From assembly GCA_030704615.1 (NCBI GenBank), contig CM060734.1, positions 46,376,001-46,440,000 on the forward strand: DNA of 64,000 nt, written 5' to 3'. Each line of letters opens with the position of its first letter. The stretch's first letter is position 1. The translations under genes were made by a program, and so were the position numbers. Below, piece by piece: positions 50,200 through 62,594 of the stretch. The notes beneath the pieces were generated by a model. That model had not been told where the DNA came from. It searched no databases and saw only the letters and a program-made list of their open reading frames with translations. The DNA comes from Takakia lepidozioides (lineage: Eukaryota > Plantae > Bryophyta).

Positions 50200-53100
50200 A
50201 TGCAGCCTGTAAATGCCACTGCAGGCAAGTTCAACACACATGTGACACATGCTGATTTTCCAGGTTATGGTCAAAGGACAGAGTCTCGACAAACATGGGC
50301 TGTCAACGAATATAAATATGACCGACAATCTGCCTGGCTTGAAGCATCAACAGAGGGAGTCAACAGTAACTCCTCTGGCACTTGTCGCGATGTGAGGACT
50401 CTATGTAAAATGGGACGACTGAAAGATGCGTTGCAGATTTTGAACCAAGAAGACATCTGGGCAGACTCCAATACATATGTCTGTGCCTTACAGGCATGTA
50501 TTGCCGCGAAAGGCTTAGCAGAGGGAAAGCAGGTGCACTCCCACATTACACAAAGTGGGAACAAGCCAAACGTCTTTCTACTCAATAGCCTTGTCAACAT
50601 GTATGCAAAGTGTGGGAGTGTGGTAGATGCGCGGCAAGTGTTTGACAAAATGCCTGAACGAGATCTGTTTACCTGGAATATCATGATAGCAGGATATGCC
50701 AATCATGGGTATAATAGGCAGGCTTTGGAGATATATGAGCAAATGCAAAGGGAAGGAGTGATGCCTGAGAGGGTCACATTCATTTGCATTCTCAATGTGT
50801 GTGCCAGCCTAGGAGCCCTTGAAAAAGGCAAAGAGGTCCATGCTAACATCATCAAAGCTGGACTCCCTTCATATGTCAGTTTAGAGAATACCCTTGCTAA
50901 TATGTATGTCAAATGCAGGAGGATGAAGGATGCACGTCAAGTGTTTGACACTATGGCTCAACGAAATGTGGTCTCGTGGAGTGTGATGATTGCAGGATAT
51001 AGTCAGCATGGGTACAGTAGGGAGGCTTTTGAGATGTATGAGCAAATGCAGCAGGAGGGAGTGACACCGGACAGAGTTGCTTTCATTTGTGTTCTCAATG
51101 CGTGTGCCAGCCCAGGAGCCCTGGAAAAGGGCAAAGAGGTGCATGCTGACATTGTCAAAGCTGGAATTGCGCCGAATATTGTTCTGGAGACTGCCCTTGC
51201 TGCCATGTATGCCAAATGTGGGAGTGTAGTGGATGCACGTCAAGTGTTTGACAATATGGCACAACGAAATGTGGTCTCATGGAATGCAATGATTGCAGGA
51301 TATGCTAAGCATGGATGTGGTAGGGAGGCTTTGGAGATGTATGAACTAATGATACGAGAAGGTGTGGCGCCCAACAAGGTCACATTCATTTGTGTTCTCA
51401 ATGTGTGTGCCGGCCTAGAAGCGCTGGAAAAGGGCAAAGAGGTCCATGCTGACATCATGAAAACTGCAATTCAGCATGATATTATTCTGGAGAATACCCT
51501 TGTGGACATGTATGCCAAATGCGGGAGCATAAAGGATGCACGTCAAGTGTTTGTCAACATGGCTAAACATGATGTCGTCTCATGGAATGCAATGATTGCC
51601 GGCTATGCCCGGCATGGGTATGGTAGGCAGGCCGTTGAGCTGTACGAGCAAATGATACACAAAGTGACACCCAGCAAGGTCACTTTCATTTGTGTTCTCA
51701 ATGCTTGTGCCAGCCTGGCAGCTCTGGTAAAGGGGAAAGAGGTCCACGCTGACATCATCAAAGCTGGAATCGCACCAGATATCATTCTGGAGACTGCCCT
51801 TGTCAATATGTATGCCAAATGTGGGAACTTGAAGGATGCCAGTCAAGTGTTTGACAATATGGCTCAACGAAATGTGATCTCATGGACTGCAATGATGTCA
51901 GGATATGCTCAGCAGGGGTGCGGTAGGGAGGCTTTGCAGACCTATGAGCATATGATACAGGAAGGGGTAATGCCCACCAAGGTCACATTCGTTTGTGTTC
52001 TTGATGCATGTGCCAGCTTGGCCGCTCTGGAAAAGGGCAAGGTGATCCATGCTGACATCGTTGAAGCGGGAATTGTGTCAGATATCAGTGTAGAGACTGC
52101 GCTTGTAAACATGTATGCCAAATGCGGGAACTTGAGTGATGCGCGTCAAGTCTTTGATGGTATGGGTGAACAAGATGTGGTCTCATGGACAGGGATGATT
52201 GCAGGATATGCTCACCATGGGCTTGGTGTGGAGGCCCTGCAACTTTTTGAGCAAATGCTACTAAAAGGCTTGAAGCCGGACGGTATCACGTTCATATGTG
52301 TTCTCTCTGCATGTAGCCATGGGGGCCTAGTGGAAGAAGGCCATCACTACTTTAATTCCATGCGTAGAGATCATGGCCTCACTCCTACGCAGGAGCATTT
52401 TGGCTGCATGGTGGACCTTTTTGCCCGTGCAGGGCGTTTGGATGACGCAGAGGAATTCATTAAGAAAATGCCAATCAAGCCAGATGCTTCAGTCTGGGGG
52501 GCATTGCTTGGTGCCTGTAGGGTTCATGGCTATGTGGCACTAGCTGAACGTGCAGCAAATTGCCTTCTCAAGTGGGATCCACAGGATGCTGGAACATATG
52601 TGCTACTATCAAACATATATGCGGCGGCTGGCAGGTGGGACGATCGAGAAAAGGTGAGGAAAATGATGCAGGAGAGAGGTGTCAGAAAGGAGCCAGGCCG
52701 CAGCTGCATTGTAGTGGACAACCAGGTGCATACATTTCTTGTGGAAGATACTTTGCATCCACAAATTGAGGAGATCCATGCTGAGCTGAAGAGATTGTCT
52801 GGGCCGATGAAGGAGGAGGGGTATGTGCCTGACATGCGTTTTGTACTGCACGATGTGGAGGAAGAGCAAAAGGAGTCTTCTCTTTGCCACCACAGTGAGA
52901 AGCTGGCCATTGCATTTGGGCTGATCAGCACTCCCCCTGGGACATCTATTCGTGTCATTAAGAACCTTCGGGTGTGTGGTGACTGCCACGCAGCCACCAA
53001 GTTTATCTCAAAGATTGTGGGACGAGTAGTTGTTCTAAGGGATGCCACCCGCTTTCACTACTTCCAAGATGGCATTTGTTCTTGTGGGGATTACTGGTGA
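50200..53100 (+). CDS. PLS-class PPR protein with E1-E2-DYW (DYW:PG type) domain; organellar C-to-U RNA editing factor
   Basis: 966-aa ORF with 20 motifs, (L-S-P)x5-L-S-P2-L2-S2, then E1, E2, PG box (KEPGRSCI), HSEKLA, CGDCH and a DYW terminus. The true start codon is uncertain. Confidence 0.97.
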   Translation: MQPVNATAGKFNTHVTHADFPGYGQRTESRQTWAVNEYKYDRQSAWLEASTEGVNSNSSGTCRDVRTLCKMGRLKDALQILNQEDIWADSNTYVCALQACIAAKGLAEGKQVHSHITQSGNKPNVFLLNSLVNMYAKCGSVVDARQVFDKMPERDLFTWNIMIAGYANHGYNRQALEIYEQMQREGVMPERVTFICILNVCASLGALEKGKEVHANIIKAGLPSYVSLENTLANMYVKCRRMKDARQVFDTMAQRNVVSWSVMIAGYSQHGYSREAFEMYEQMQQEGVTPDRVAFICVLNACASPGALEKGKEVHADIVKAGIAPNIVLETALAAMYAKCGSVVDARQVFDNMAQRNVVSWNAMIAGYAKHGCGREALEMYELMIREGVAPNKVTFICVLNVCAGLEALEKGKEVHADIMKTAIQHDIILENTLVDMYAKCGSIKDARQVFVNMAKHDVVSWNAMIAGYARHGYGRQAVELYEQMIHKVTPSKVTFICVLNACASLAALVKGKEVHADIIKAGIAPDIILETALVNMYAKCGNLKDASQVFDNMAQRNVISWTAMMSGYAQQGCGREALQTYEHMIQEGVMPTKVTFVCVLDACASLAALEKGKVIHADIVEAGIVSDISVETALVNMYAKCGNLSDARQVFDGMGEQDVVSWTGMIAGYAHHGLGVEALQLFEQMLLKGLKPDGITFICVLSACSHGGLVEEGHHYFNSMRRDHGLTPTQEHFGCMVDLFARAGRLDDAEEFIKKMPIKPDASVWGALLGACRVHGYVALAERAANCLLKWDPQDAGTYVLLSNIYAAAGRWDDREKVRKMMQERGVRKEPGRSCIVVDNQVHTFLVEDTLHPQIEEIHAELKRLSGPMKEEGYVPDMRFVLHDVEEEQKESSLCHHSEKLAIAFGLISTPPGTSIRVIKNLRVCGDCHAATKFISKIVGRVVVLRDATRFHYFQDGICSCGDYW

Positions 53101-54469
53101 AGCAAGCCATATCCTTGCTAAAAATTGTGTCATTCCCAATGTGAGGGTGGAAGGTTGCTAGTTTGTTCAATTTAATCCATTCATTCATCGGCTCACTTGC
53201 ACCACTGTAGGCTTGTGAATGTTTGTTGACTGTACATGTCAGAGGGCCTGAACAAGTTTGGCTCTCCAGTTCTGGGTCACAATCTCTTGAGACATGCCAG
53301 TCTGTTTGCAATGGTTCTTTCACAAGGTGCTGCCTCATAAACTATCTGGGCATTCAAATTGAAGTTACATTGAGAAGTTGGAAATCAAGTTCCACACAAT
53401 ACAACGAAAACAACCGACTACTTGAATCTTCCTTGGGTTTTTGGTCTCTTGGTTTTGGGGAAGCCATCTTCTTAGTCATCAGCCATTTAGTAAGATCTTC
53501 CTTTCAGATTTCTGGTGCTCTTACAAAAATGTGAATTTGTAAACTTAAGTCTCAGTCAGGAAGGTAAGTATCGCACTGCTGTGGAGTGACGCAGCTTGTA
53601 GGGTAGAGCCATCAGTATCCTTCGGCGGAAGGAAGTATGGGGTTTCCCTGTCAGTAGCTGCCTTATTCTCTTGACGCGACATCTTGCTCCGTTGAAGGAA
53701 GTTTCGGTTGTCCCTAGAAGGGCAGGGTAGTATTTTGGCATGTATTCAGAACTATACATTCTGGTTACAAAGGAGGTAAGATGTCAGGAAGGAAGTTCCA
53801 AATTGGCAGCTCTCTCTTATCAGGGTTAGTGATAGAGGTTTTTTAACAGCATGTCATGGGTTTGTTCATTTGAGATTGGTTGGGAGCTCTGGATGTTCTA
53901 GACAACTTGGGACAGAAAAGAAGCTGTGATTGGCATAACAGGCGACTGTCCAACAACTGCAACTCATCGTCTTATCTACAAACATCAGATGGTATGTTTG
54001 ATTGAGAAGATGAGGCTGAAGGGGAAGGTTATCTATGTAGCATCAACCCTACCTGAGGGTATATCGGAAAGGCTATGTTGACTGAGAAGGTGCGATCCAT
54101 TCCTGAAAAAGTATCCAAACCTTGCACCACAGATTTGCGAGAAAGCATGTGTTTCCACGTTCTCCATAGTCTTCCGGGGTTGCACGCTCCGCGAGGTTCT
54201 CAAACATGACTGTGTATTGGAACATCTCCTTTTCCAGATAGAGTTTCTGGTCCGAGTCTCTCTCGCAAAAAGGTCAGCCCGGATTCTATTTGTCGTTTTC
54301 CAGTAATATATACCGACATCTGCGCGCAAAACCAGTCTGAAGAGTGCCGCCCACCCTCACAAAGTGACATGTGGAGATGCTACATAAGCCGGACGATTGT
54401 CTCATGGCGTCCCTCGTCTTTATTTACGATGTTTCTTGTGCATATTGTCCGAGCAGCTCCTGCCTGCCT

Positions 54470-57400
54470 ATGGATCACGGGAGCCTTGCGAAAGAGCACA
54501 ACCAAAAGGAACAGATCAACACAGCGGCAGGGATGAGTAATTCACTTGCAGAGGCTGGTGATGGGCACCCACCAAAGACTAATGCCGAGGAAAAGATCTT
54601 ACTAGAACACATGAGAAAGATGGTGGCAGAGCTAGATCCTTCATCAGAGGCAAGTACTTCTGAGCTGATTGAGATTGCAAAGTGGTAGCATTTAAGATCC
54701 TATGGTAAGGATTCGGAGATAGAAAGAGAACGCACAGTAGACTGTATTTTGGCGGTAGCTGTTTGGTCATGAAATGGTGCTTTATAACGTCCGCGGAAAG
54801 CTCATAGAGCTTATGGGACAAAATGGAAGAAAACATGAGAGAGGAAACAAAAACTAGAGCCAGAGATAAAAACTATTTTCTATTGTTCGAGTGATTGTCT
54901 AAGGGTGAGTGCGTCGTGCAGGTAAGCTGCCAAGCATTTCTGATCTTCATAGTGGAACACTTCAGTGAGAGATTGGGTTCCCCGGAATAGACAGTGGAAT
55001 CTCCCACGGATCTCATAGTATAGAGGGCAATAGAAGAAGAAATGTTCTTCAGTTTCAATTCCCCCTTGTGCAAGCTGGACATAGGCGGTCCTCCCGCTGC
55101 AGGTTTTCCCACTGCCAGTCTCTATCCGTAGGTTGTGGGTGCCCACCCTGAACCGCCCCAATGCCCTCAAGAGAGAAGGAGATAAAGAGGCCGAAAGGTA
55201 ATTGGGCCGCAAGGTTCTATCATCTCGGAGAACCAAGAATGTTTCTCGATAGAAATGGAGCTTTGTCGTGAGATTGGGTAGCTTCCAAGTTCTCCTCACA
55301 TGTAGTTCCATAAGCTCCCTTCTAATGAGTCTGCTGCGGTCGTGCTTGGATGTGATGTCCACCCCCTCTGGATTCACTGGTAATAGTGAAGCAACATGAG
55401 AGTCCATGGCGTTCAAAAAAGGTATCCACTCGAGCATACCAGGATTGCTTGAAACCTGCATTTTTGAGCCTGATAGATGTTGCGAGGGCTCTGGCCACAA
55501 GCCCCTTTGGGGAAAGGGCATGTAACCTATGCAGAAAAATTGTAAGCTGGAAGAGGGCCTCAGTTTGCAGTGGCCAAAACATGGGGGTGCAGAAGTCATG
55601 ATGCCCAGCACACATTCCCCGGAATTGAGGAAGAAAGAGCTTGATATTTTATGCAAATGCCCAAGTTGTCTTTTCCGCATAATACAGACACAATCCAAAC
55701 ACTTCAATGTTTCTGGATGTCAAGAAGGTGTCCAAGTTTTCTCCGTTGCTGTTAGAAACTTCCATCTGTTTCTCTTGCAATTGAGATCAAACATGACATG
55801 CAACTGAGTCTAGCGCATGATCATCACACGGTTGAGTGCCCGGGTCATTTGGCACATTCGGTGTCTGACAATTTCCGTGCAGGATGGGTGTTCTTGTGTT
55901 TCGGGTGCTGAACCTGCCATGGAGTGACTCAATTTGTATGGCACTGTACTTATGATTCTGGTTTGAAGACTTGACTGTAAATAATTGAAGTCGTTTACAA
56001 TAGTGAAGGTCAGGAGTTTGGATTTCCTGCCCTTTTATATTGAGTGTCAGTGTTGCATTGTGGTCTGAGAGACTGTTTGAGAAGAAGAGTTCGAAACACC
56101 ACATACTGCTCAAATTGGAGGGAAGGATGCTCGGTTTGTCTCATGTTCTTGTAACACCACTAAAACATTGGTAATGATCCTTGGTACATCGAAAGGGCAC
56201 AGATGACAGAACTTTGCTGCGGTTCCTGCGAGCGAGGTCATTCAAGGTGGAGAAAGGGGTGAAAATGTTTGTGGAGCATCAGAAATGGCGACAATCATTT
56301 GTGCCCCTGGGTTATATTCCAGAAGAGAGTATCGGGAATGAGCTTGAGACTAATGTGTTCTACTTGCAAGGGCACGATAAGAAGGGTCGTCCTGTCTGCT
56401 TGGTCTTTCCAGCTAAGCATTTCCACAGCAAACACCTTGATGAATGGAAGCGTAGGTCATGCATCTCTTCTCATTTATGTCACAAACAATTGCAGAGACT
56501 TGATAACATACATCTCTATATATCCATATGAACATGAACTTTTAGAGCTTACAGACTTCAGAAGTCCTGCCATATGTTTTGCAATTTCAGAAATGGGCCC
56601 TGCACCTTTAGCTGGAGGGTGTAGGGATTCCGAAGCTCCTGCCATAGGTTGTTCAATTTATACCATGGGCATGTACTGTGAAGTAGTATGCGTTGATGAG
56701 TTTGTACTATATATGTACCTGACAATGGCGTTGGTAGCACATATTTGGAGAGACCTGCAATTTGATCTCATGGGTTTACGTTGGATTGAAGTTTGGGATA
56801 ACTTGCAGTTTCGATCTGCATAGGCTGCAGTCTTGATCTCCTTACTGCAGCGAGCTCTCTAAATTGCTTATAAAACATAAACCTCAGACTCTACTTGGGT
56901 CTGATTCTGGGGGTGGATGACCCCACTCACATCTGTTATTTATAGAAAATTTGGCAGGCTACAATCCAAGTTATAAATTGAGGTGGTCGTCTCTGCCATG
57001 ATCCTTTTCTCCCGCCTAATCAGTAGAAGGCTCTCCTTACAGAATAGCTAATGGTTTCTTCTTCGGTGTGGCAGGTTTAATGGTATACTTATTCGACAGG
57101 ATCATTGCTAGGTAGGGCCTCCTGTACATAACATTGATGCCTCTGCAACTTGGAATTGATGTATCTCGCTAGTTCCATTGCGGATGGACTCCATTACAGC
57201 TTATTAGAGAGAGGGAGAAGAATCCAGTGATTTGACATTGACATTAAAGAGCTGACTTAGGAGGGGATTCTCCATGCGAGATGACGGTACTTGCAATCCT
57301 TGAGATTGTGTCTACTTTGAATGGCACAAAGAGGGTGAGGAAGGCCTGCTGTAGTAGTGTAGTTTACAAATAAAGAAGGGGTATTCCATTGAGACTTGGC

Positions 57401-58254
57401 TGAGTCTAGCACAGAGTTTCTGAGACGGACAACTAATCACCAGATTATTGGACTCGGTGTAAGCAGCATGCCCCCTGGTGAGGAAAAATTCACATTCATA
57501 GTTGATTTCAAAGGCTTGAGCTACAAAAACTTGGACATCCGTGCTTGGCTCTCTGCATTAGAATTTTTGCAGGTATCATCATATTTTCCTTCTCATTTTG
57601 CCAGCTGTTTAGTTATGTTGTGGTATATAATTCGGTATGTATCAATTTGATGTAGTTTGATGTCAAAGTGCTGCTTGAAGTGGACATATAAAATTCCTTT
57701 TTCTTTTGCTGCAGGCATACTACCCAGAGCGGTTAGGGCAGGCTTACCTTATGCACACACCACGCATATTCTGGGGTGCGTGGAAGGTTGTGCATCCCTT
57801 TATTGATCGAGCCACGAGGGACAAGGTATCAATCAATCAATTCTGAGTCCTCAAATTATTCATGTCAAACCATCCGAAGGCAAAATTGCAAGGTCAGAAG
57901 TGGTGATGCAGTTCAGCAGTGGACCCATCATTCATTTGCTCGAGTGATTAGGGGCTGAAAATACATGCTTCGTACTGGTATTTTCTAAGAGATGGAGGAA
58001 GAGAGAGATTTCCCAAATTGAAACCTGATGTGAAATGTCTCCCTTCAAACCTCAAAGTCAAATGCAAGTGGACACATTGTTGCCAGTCTTGCTTGTTCTA
58101 ACAGTGATGGCCCTGTCTGCAGATTATGTTCCTGGATGACAAAGTGGTTGAGACCACCTTGTTAACTGCCATAGAAAGAGAGGACCTCCCCTCACTTTAT
58201 GGGGGCTTGAGTCCATTGGTACTTCTCCAAGATTCCCCGAAGAAGCTGGCATAG
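54470..58254 (+). CDS. CRAL-TRIO/Sec14-like lipid-binding protein; exons 54470-54649, 56196-56451, 57075-57111, 57467-57572, 57715-57825, 58123-58254
   Basis: DDRTLLRFLRAR, QGHDKKGRPV, IVDFKG, YYPERLG, WKVVHPFID and LPSLYGG. All exon phases join in frame; intron 1 is GC-AG. Confidence 0.9.
54765..55720 (-). mobile_element. 5'-truncated RTE/RTEX-like LINE in intron 1 of the Sec14 gene
   Basis: RFRVGTHNLRIETG...ETEEHFFFYCPLYYEIR C-terminal zinc-finger region and a CATTTCAT tail. Confidence 0.8.
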
Positions 58255-58689
58255 TCTAGGAGTTATGGCATGACAATGACACTACAATGCATTCATAGTT
58301 GTTCGGTGGAGTCATCTCACTGACATTTCACCTTTGTATTTGCTCTGAACAGCCCCAGCTCTATTTAGCTGCCTTCTCGTGATTTCCTATCCACCTTTCT
58401 AGCTACTAAACCATATTCAGGCCTGATCATGGATATGTGCTCCATCATATTCTCTTCTCTTCGTGGATGACGTCTATGTACATTGGTTGAAAACAAGAAC
58501 AAGAGGGGGGAGCCAGCCTGTGCGCAAGCCTAGTGAGAGCAACAACGAGTAGACAAGTCGGCGATGGTGAGAGAGGGTTGAGAAGAAGCACCAGAGCAGC
58601 AAGACAGAGCACACACAGTTGTAGAAGCAGAAGGTAGGTAGGTAGGTCAATAAAAACCATCTGTTGGTACCAAAAGTGACTTACTTGCT

Positions 58690-60250
58690 CATTTTATTAA
58701 TTATTATATTTTATTATATTTTATTAGAGAAAGGGTACAGAGGGCCCTTTTAATCAAATTAGATAAATAAGAGTTCACATAAGGTGGAAAAAATAACCAC
58801 CAGGGAGGCCGTGAAGGCTCACCGAGGGGGAACATCCCCCAGACCCTAGCAAACTAGCTAAAGTAGCAAGGGAGAGAGATGGAGTGAAATGGGAAGGAGA
58901 GAAACCCTATTTCTAAGAGACCAGAGTGGAAGCCCAATGGGGGCTGGAATTCCTAAGTCGAAGATGATTCCTGATGGAAGGCCACATAATGCCCGATCAT
59001 AACAAAGAAAGGGAGCAGCCAAACCATGTCTTCTACTAACCCCTGGCAGGGAGAGAAGAGAGACATAGCCTAATCTCAAATTGCCTAGTGGTGGAAATGC
59101 AAAGATAAATAAGCAAGAAGATTGGAACTAGAACCGCAGTTGGGTTCTGAGCTTTGTGACCCTGGCTTTCTTGTGCCTCCAATTGTAGTCACCATCTTCC
59201 CCGTCACCAAGGGACGTCCCAGGCAGTGGGGTTGGTGACTTGCCAAATACCGCATGTTGGTAAAAGAGGTGCTGAGAGTGTCGTTTTTACCCCAGGATTG
59301 AAAATCATGGAGGAGCTTCCTCCCGCGTTGTTATGAAGATCTGGAAATAGCTGCAATCAGAATGCCCCAAGCTTTTCTCCCCTCAGTAAGCAGGTCCTGG
59401 TAGATGCAAAAAAATATGGACCTGCCCTGGGAGCTTTCCCTTCACATACCAAAGCACACCTAGCTTTCCAAAGGTTCCACAATGTGTGGGCCCTAAGGCA
59501 ATCCCACACAGGGCAACAACAAAGCATATGACTAGGCAGCAAATTCAACAACAGTAGGGAGGAAAAGGGGGGGGGGAGGGGAAAGACTTGGCAATTGGAG
59601 TAAACACAACTCTCCAGACTCTGTTAGAGAGTGGGCAATCAATCAAGCAATGCTCAATGGACTCTGGGTGGGCCTGGCATAGGCTACAGGAGGTATTGTT
59701 GAGTTGAGTGGCTGCATTGACAAGGAGAATTCTGTGGGCCAGCTTCCAAAGGAAGCCCGATATTTTTGTTGCTCTATGTTCTTTCCATGTCTTTCCAAAT
59801 CAGGTCCCAGTCAGCCTGTGCGAGATTTAGATGCCCCCACTTCGTTAACCATTTAGGAAGGAAAGATTTGTCTGGCCTCAACAGCGAGTAATCCATCTTA
59901 ACGGAGTATGTAAAGAATGGTGAGCTTTGGTCATCCTTCCAGCTCTACTCCCCTGGGTCAAACTGCAGGGCAGCCAGGGGTAGGAAAGAAACCATATGAA
60001 AGAAGAGTGGATGGCCCACTGCAGTTTCTGCCCATTCAGCGGGGTTGGACTGGCATTCCCCTTTGCATCCAGCACCCTAATATGAAACAAAGATTGCTTA
60101 GGCATGTCCATAAAGCCTCTGGGCTGCAGGTTGCCCTCCAGATCCGGCATAAAAGCAATCCCTGTAGCAATGTCTCCTTCCACAGAAAGGACCAGCAAAA
60201 CCATGCTTGTTCCGTTATCCTTTTCTCACAAGCGGCAGTGGAAGAGAGCG
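58690..60250 (-). mobile_element. 5'-truncated L1-like LINE (same family as 4150-7876) with A-rich tail
   Basis: FHIRVLDAKGN..QWAIHSSF matches YHVRVLDMLGN..QWAIHQSF; LRAHTLWNLWKAR; AATAAAAT repeats on the minus strand at 58690-58725. Confidence 0.85.
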
Positions 60251-60609
60251 TCTGACACCCCTTCTTCCACCCACTTTTCCCACAAAGAGTGCACACATAT
60301 GCAACGGAAGATGTTGCAACAAACACACGAGCAGAAGTTGATAGTCATTTCCGTTGGTGATCGACGAGAGCTCTGCTGAGCCGTGAAATTTCCTCGATTG
60401 ATCTAACGACTCATAATGTAGATCAATTCGGAGTCGATGACATTGATCATCGACGGCTTAAAAAACCATTGTAATCTGATCATGTAAGCTAACGCTCCGT
60501 GGTATGCGTACAAGAATATTCTTCCGCCTACTCTAAATTCCACATTCCTTGGTAGCAGATTATGCCACGAGACGGACATCACTTCAATCATCCAATTCAC
60601 GTGTTTTAT

Positions 60610-60778
60610 TTTAGTTTGGAGTGACTTTGACATGATAATGCCAATGTGACAACATGAAAGTATCCAAAAACAGGTAACAGAGATGAGGAGAAGTTGTAGA
60701 ATGAATACTTTTCTGACCCCAGTCAATGGTGGGACAACCGAGGCAGACGCAATAGGAACTGGTGTAATAAGCTGAGGT
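60610..60778 (+). pseudogene. Third copy of the OSB PDF-motif fragment
   Basis: agtttggagtgactttgacatgat...ttttctgaccccagtcaatggtgggacaa matches 12449-12570 and 12994-13120; most of the intron is deleted. Confidence 0.85.
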
Positions 60779-60779
60779 G

Positions 60780-62130
60780 GGTTTAGGTGGTGATGAAAAC
60801 ACATCTTGCATTTCTCCTCGCAAAGTGATGAGGTGGATCACCCAATGCTCCTTCCAAGGTCCGCCCTGCCGTATTTCTTCCAACTCGTTCTCTATGAGAT
60901 CTTCAATCATTTTTTTTTAACACCCTATTCTTAGGTGCTGGAGCAACAGACCCATCGGCTTTCTTTTTGACGTTACGTGTTGTTCTCTTTGGTGCAGTAC
61001 CAGTCGCAGTTGAAGAAACTGGAGGTGGTTCTTGTGCCCAACTTGGGTGAAAATTGAATGATCCCATGTTTGAATAGAACATTTGTGAAGGATTTGGGTG
61101 AGGGTATTCACCAGTGTTGTGCGGGTTCTGCCTTTTTAAGGAACCCGCCAGGTCCGGGTGCGGGTATTTTTCCGGAGCCCAGTCCGGGTCCGGATCCGGG
61201 TTTTTGAAATTTGGAAAATCCGGGTCTGGGTTCGGGTCCAGGTTTGTCAACACGGACTCGGGTTAGGGTCCGGGTAGTTGTTGGGAAATATTAGCAGGTT
61301 CACGGGTTTGGATCCGGGTCCTAATTAATTGATTAAATAAATTAGAAAATTAAGATTAATTAGGGATAAATTTATTTTTGGCTGGAAAAAACTTTAAATC
61401 CTAATAATGAATTTTATTTTAAGAGACATTCCTTCAAAACATACCATGAATAAGAATTAAATTAAGTTTAAGTTCCATTTTCTATTTTTCAATATCGATT
61501 CTTTAAACATGTTAAGAATAGTAATATGCCTCAAGGGTAGATCACTATAGCATGGATGTGTGGGATCTGGCATAATAATAATATATGACGTCTCCTTTGG
61601 GAGGTGTAAATTATGGTCCCGGAGGGCACAACTTTGTGACACCACTCCGGGGATTGAACCCACAACCGCTTTTGAGGTGGTATGTGGGCATTATCACTGG
61701 GCTACAACGTGGTGGGGCTGGCTGCTGCAGTGGCCTATTGCTGCTCGTCCCCTCCACACATATGACAAAACCTACCAGATCTAAGGTGGACCCCCCTATT
61801 CCCCATCTAAATTTAAGACCCGGACCCTGACCTGCTACATTGGCCCACGGGTAGCGGGTTTAACGGGTTCTAGACCCAGCAGGCGGTCCGGTTCCGGATT
61901 CATTTTTCCAGGTTAGGGTCCGGGTTTTTGGTGATAGCACGGGTCCGGGTAACCCGGATCCTAACCCGCCGGGTACCCGCCTTCAAAACCCGGACCCGCA
62001 CAACACTGGTATTCACGCAACAATTGTGAAAATGAACCTGGTGTGGACATATTTGAAATCGCACGAACTGATGGCCATTCCCCTCTTCCAAGTCTATGAC
62101 AAGTACCTCCTCTGTGGGTTCCATGAGGGC
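60780..62130 (-). pseudogene. Myb/SANT (trihelix)-like ORF remnant, probably a Harbinger accessory gene, split by a MITE
   Basis: GPWKEHWVIHLITLRGEMQDVF resembles a first trihelix helix. The frame rejoins across the MITE (LLREY|PHPNPSQ). Confidence 0.5.
61112..62008. mobile_element. hAT-type non-autonomous element / MITE
   Basis: TIRs CAGTGTTGTGCGGGT / ACCCGCACAACACTG; perfect 8-bp TSD GTATTCAC (61104-61111, 62009-62016); GGGTCCGG subterminal repeats. Confidence 0.95.
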
Positions 62131-62594
62131 TTCTAAACCCTATCGTGAAGACACAACCCTTTCCGTAGTGACCCGTAGTGAAGAGTTGCAAGAAAGAAGA
62201 CGATGGTGGGCCTGCATTTCAGGTCAAAACAAAACTTTTCAGAGACGTGCGACACTTCAGGAAGTGCTTGGAAGTGTTGCAGTTTCCAAAACCGTCCACG
62301 TCCATAGAAGCTAAACCTACATGGAACAGGATCAGCTGATGGTTGAATTAGTAAGGGTTTTGCTTCAGCATAGCCTAGTGCCCTTAGAAATCCATCCGGA
62401 AAAACAATGCAATCATATTTTTGGAACTTTCGAATGTAGCAGTTGTGATGAGCTATGTTTGTCTATGATTTTGATAACACATCGAACAATTGTGCACAAC
62501 ACACGGTCCAGACATTCGGATCATCAAGGTCAAGGACTACTGCAGCCTCCTTGCGAATAGATGCAGGCAAATCAGGCTCTCGGCCGAAGAGAAT

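Noticed and set aside
50271-53048. Antisense ORFs over the PPR gene
   Set aside because: Shadow frames of the repetitive coding strand.
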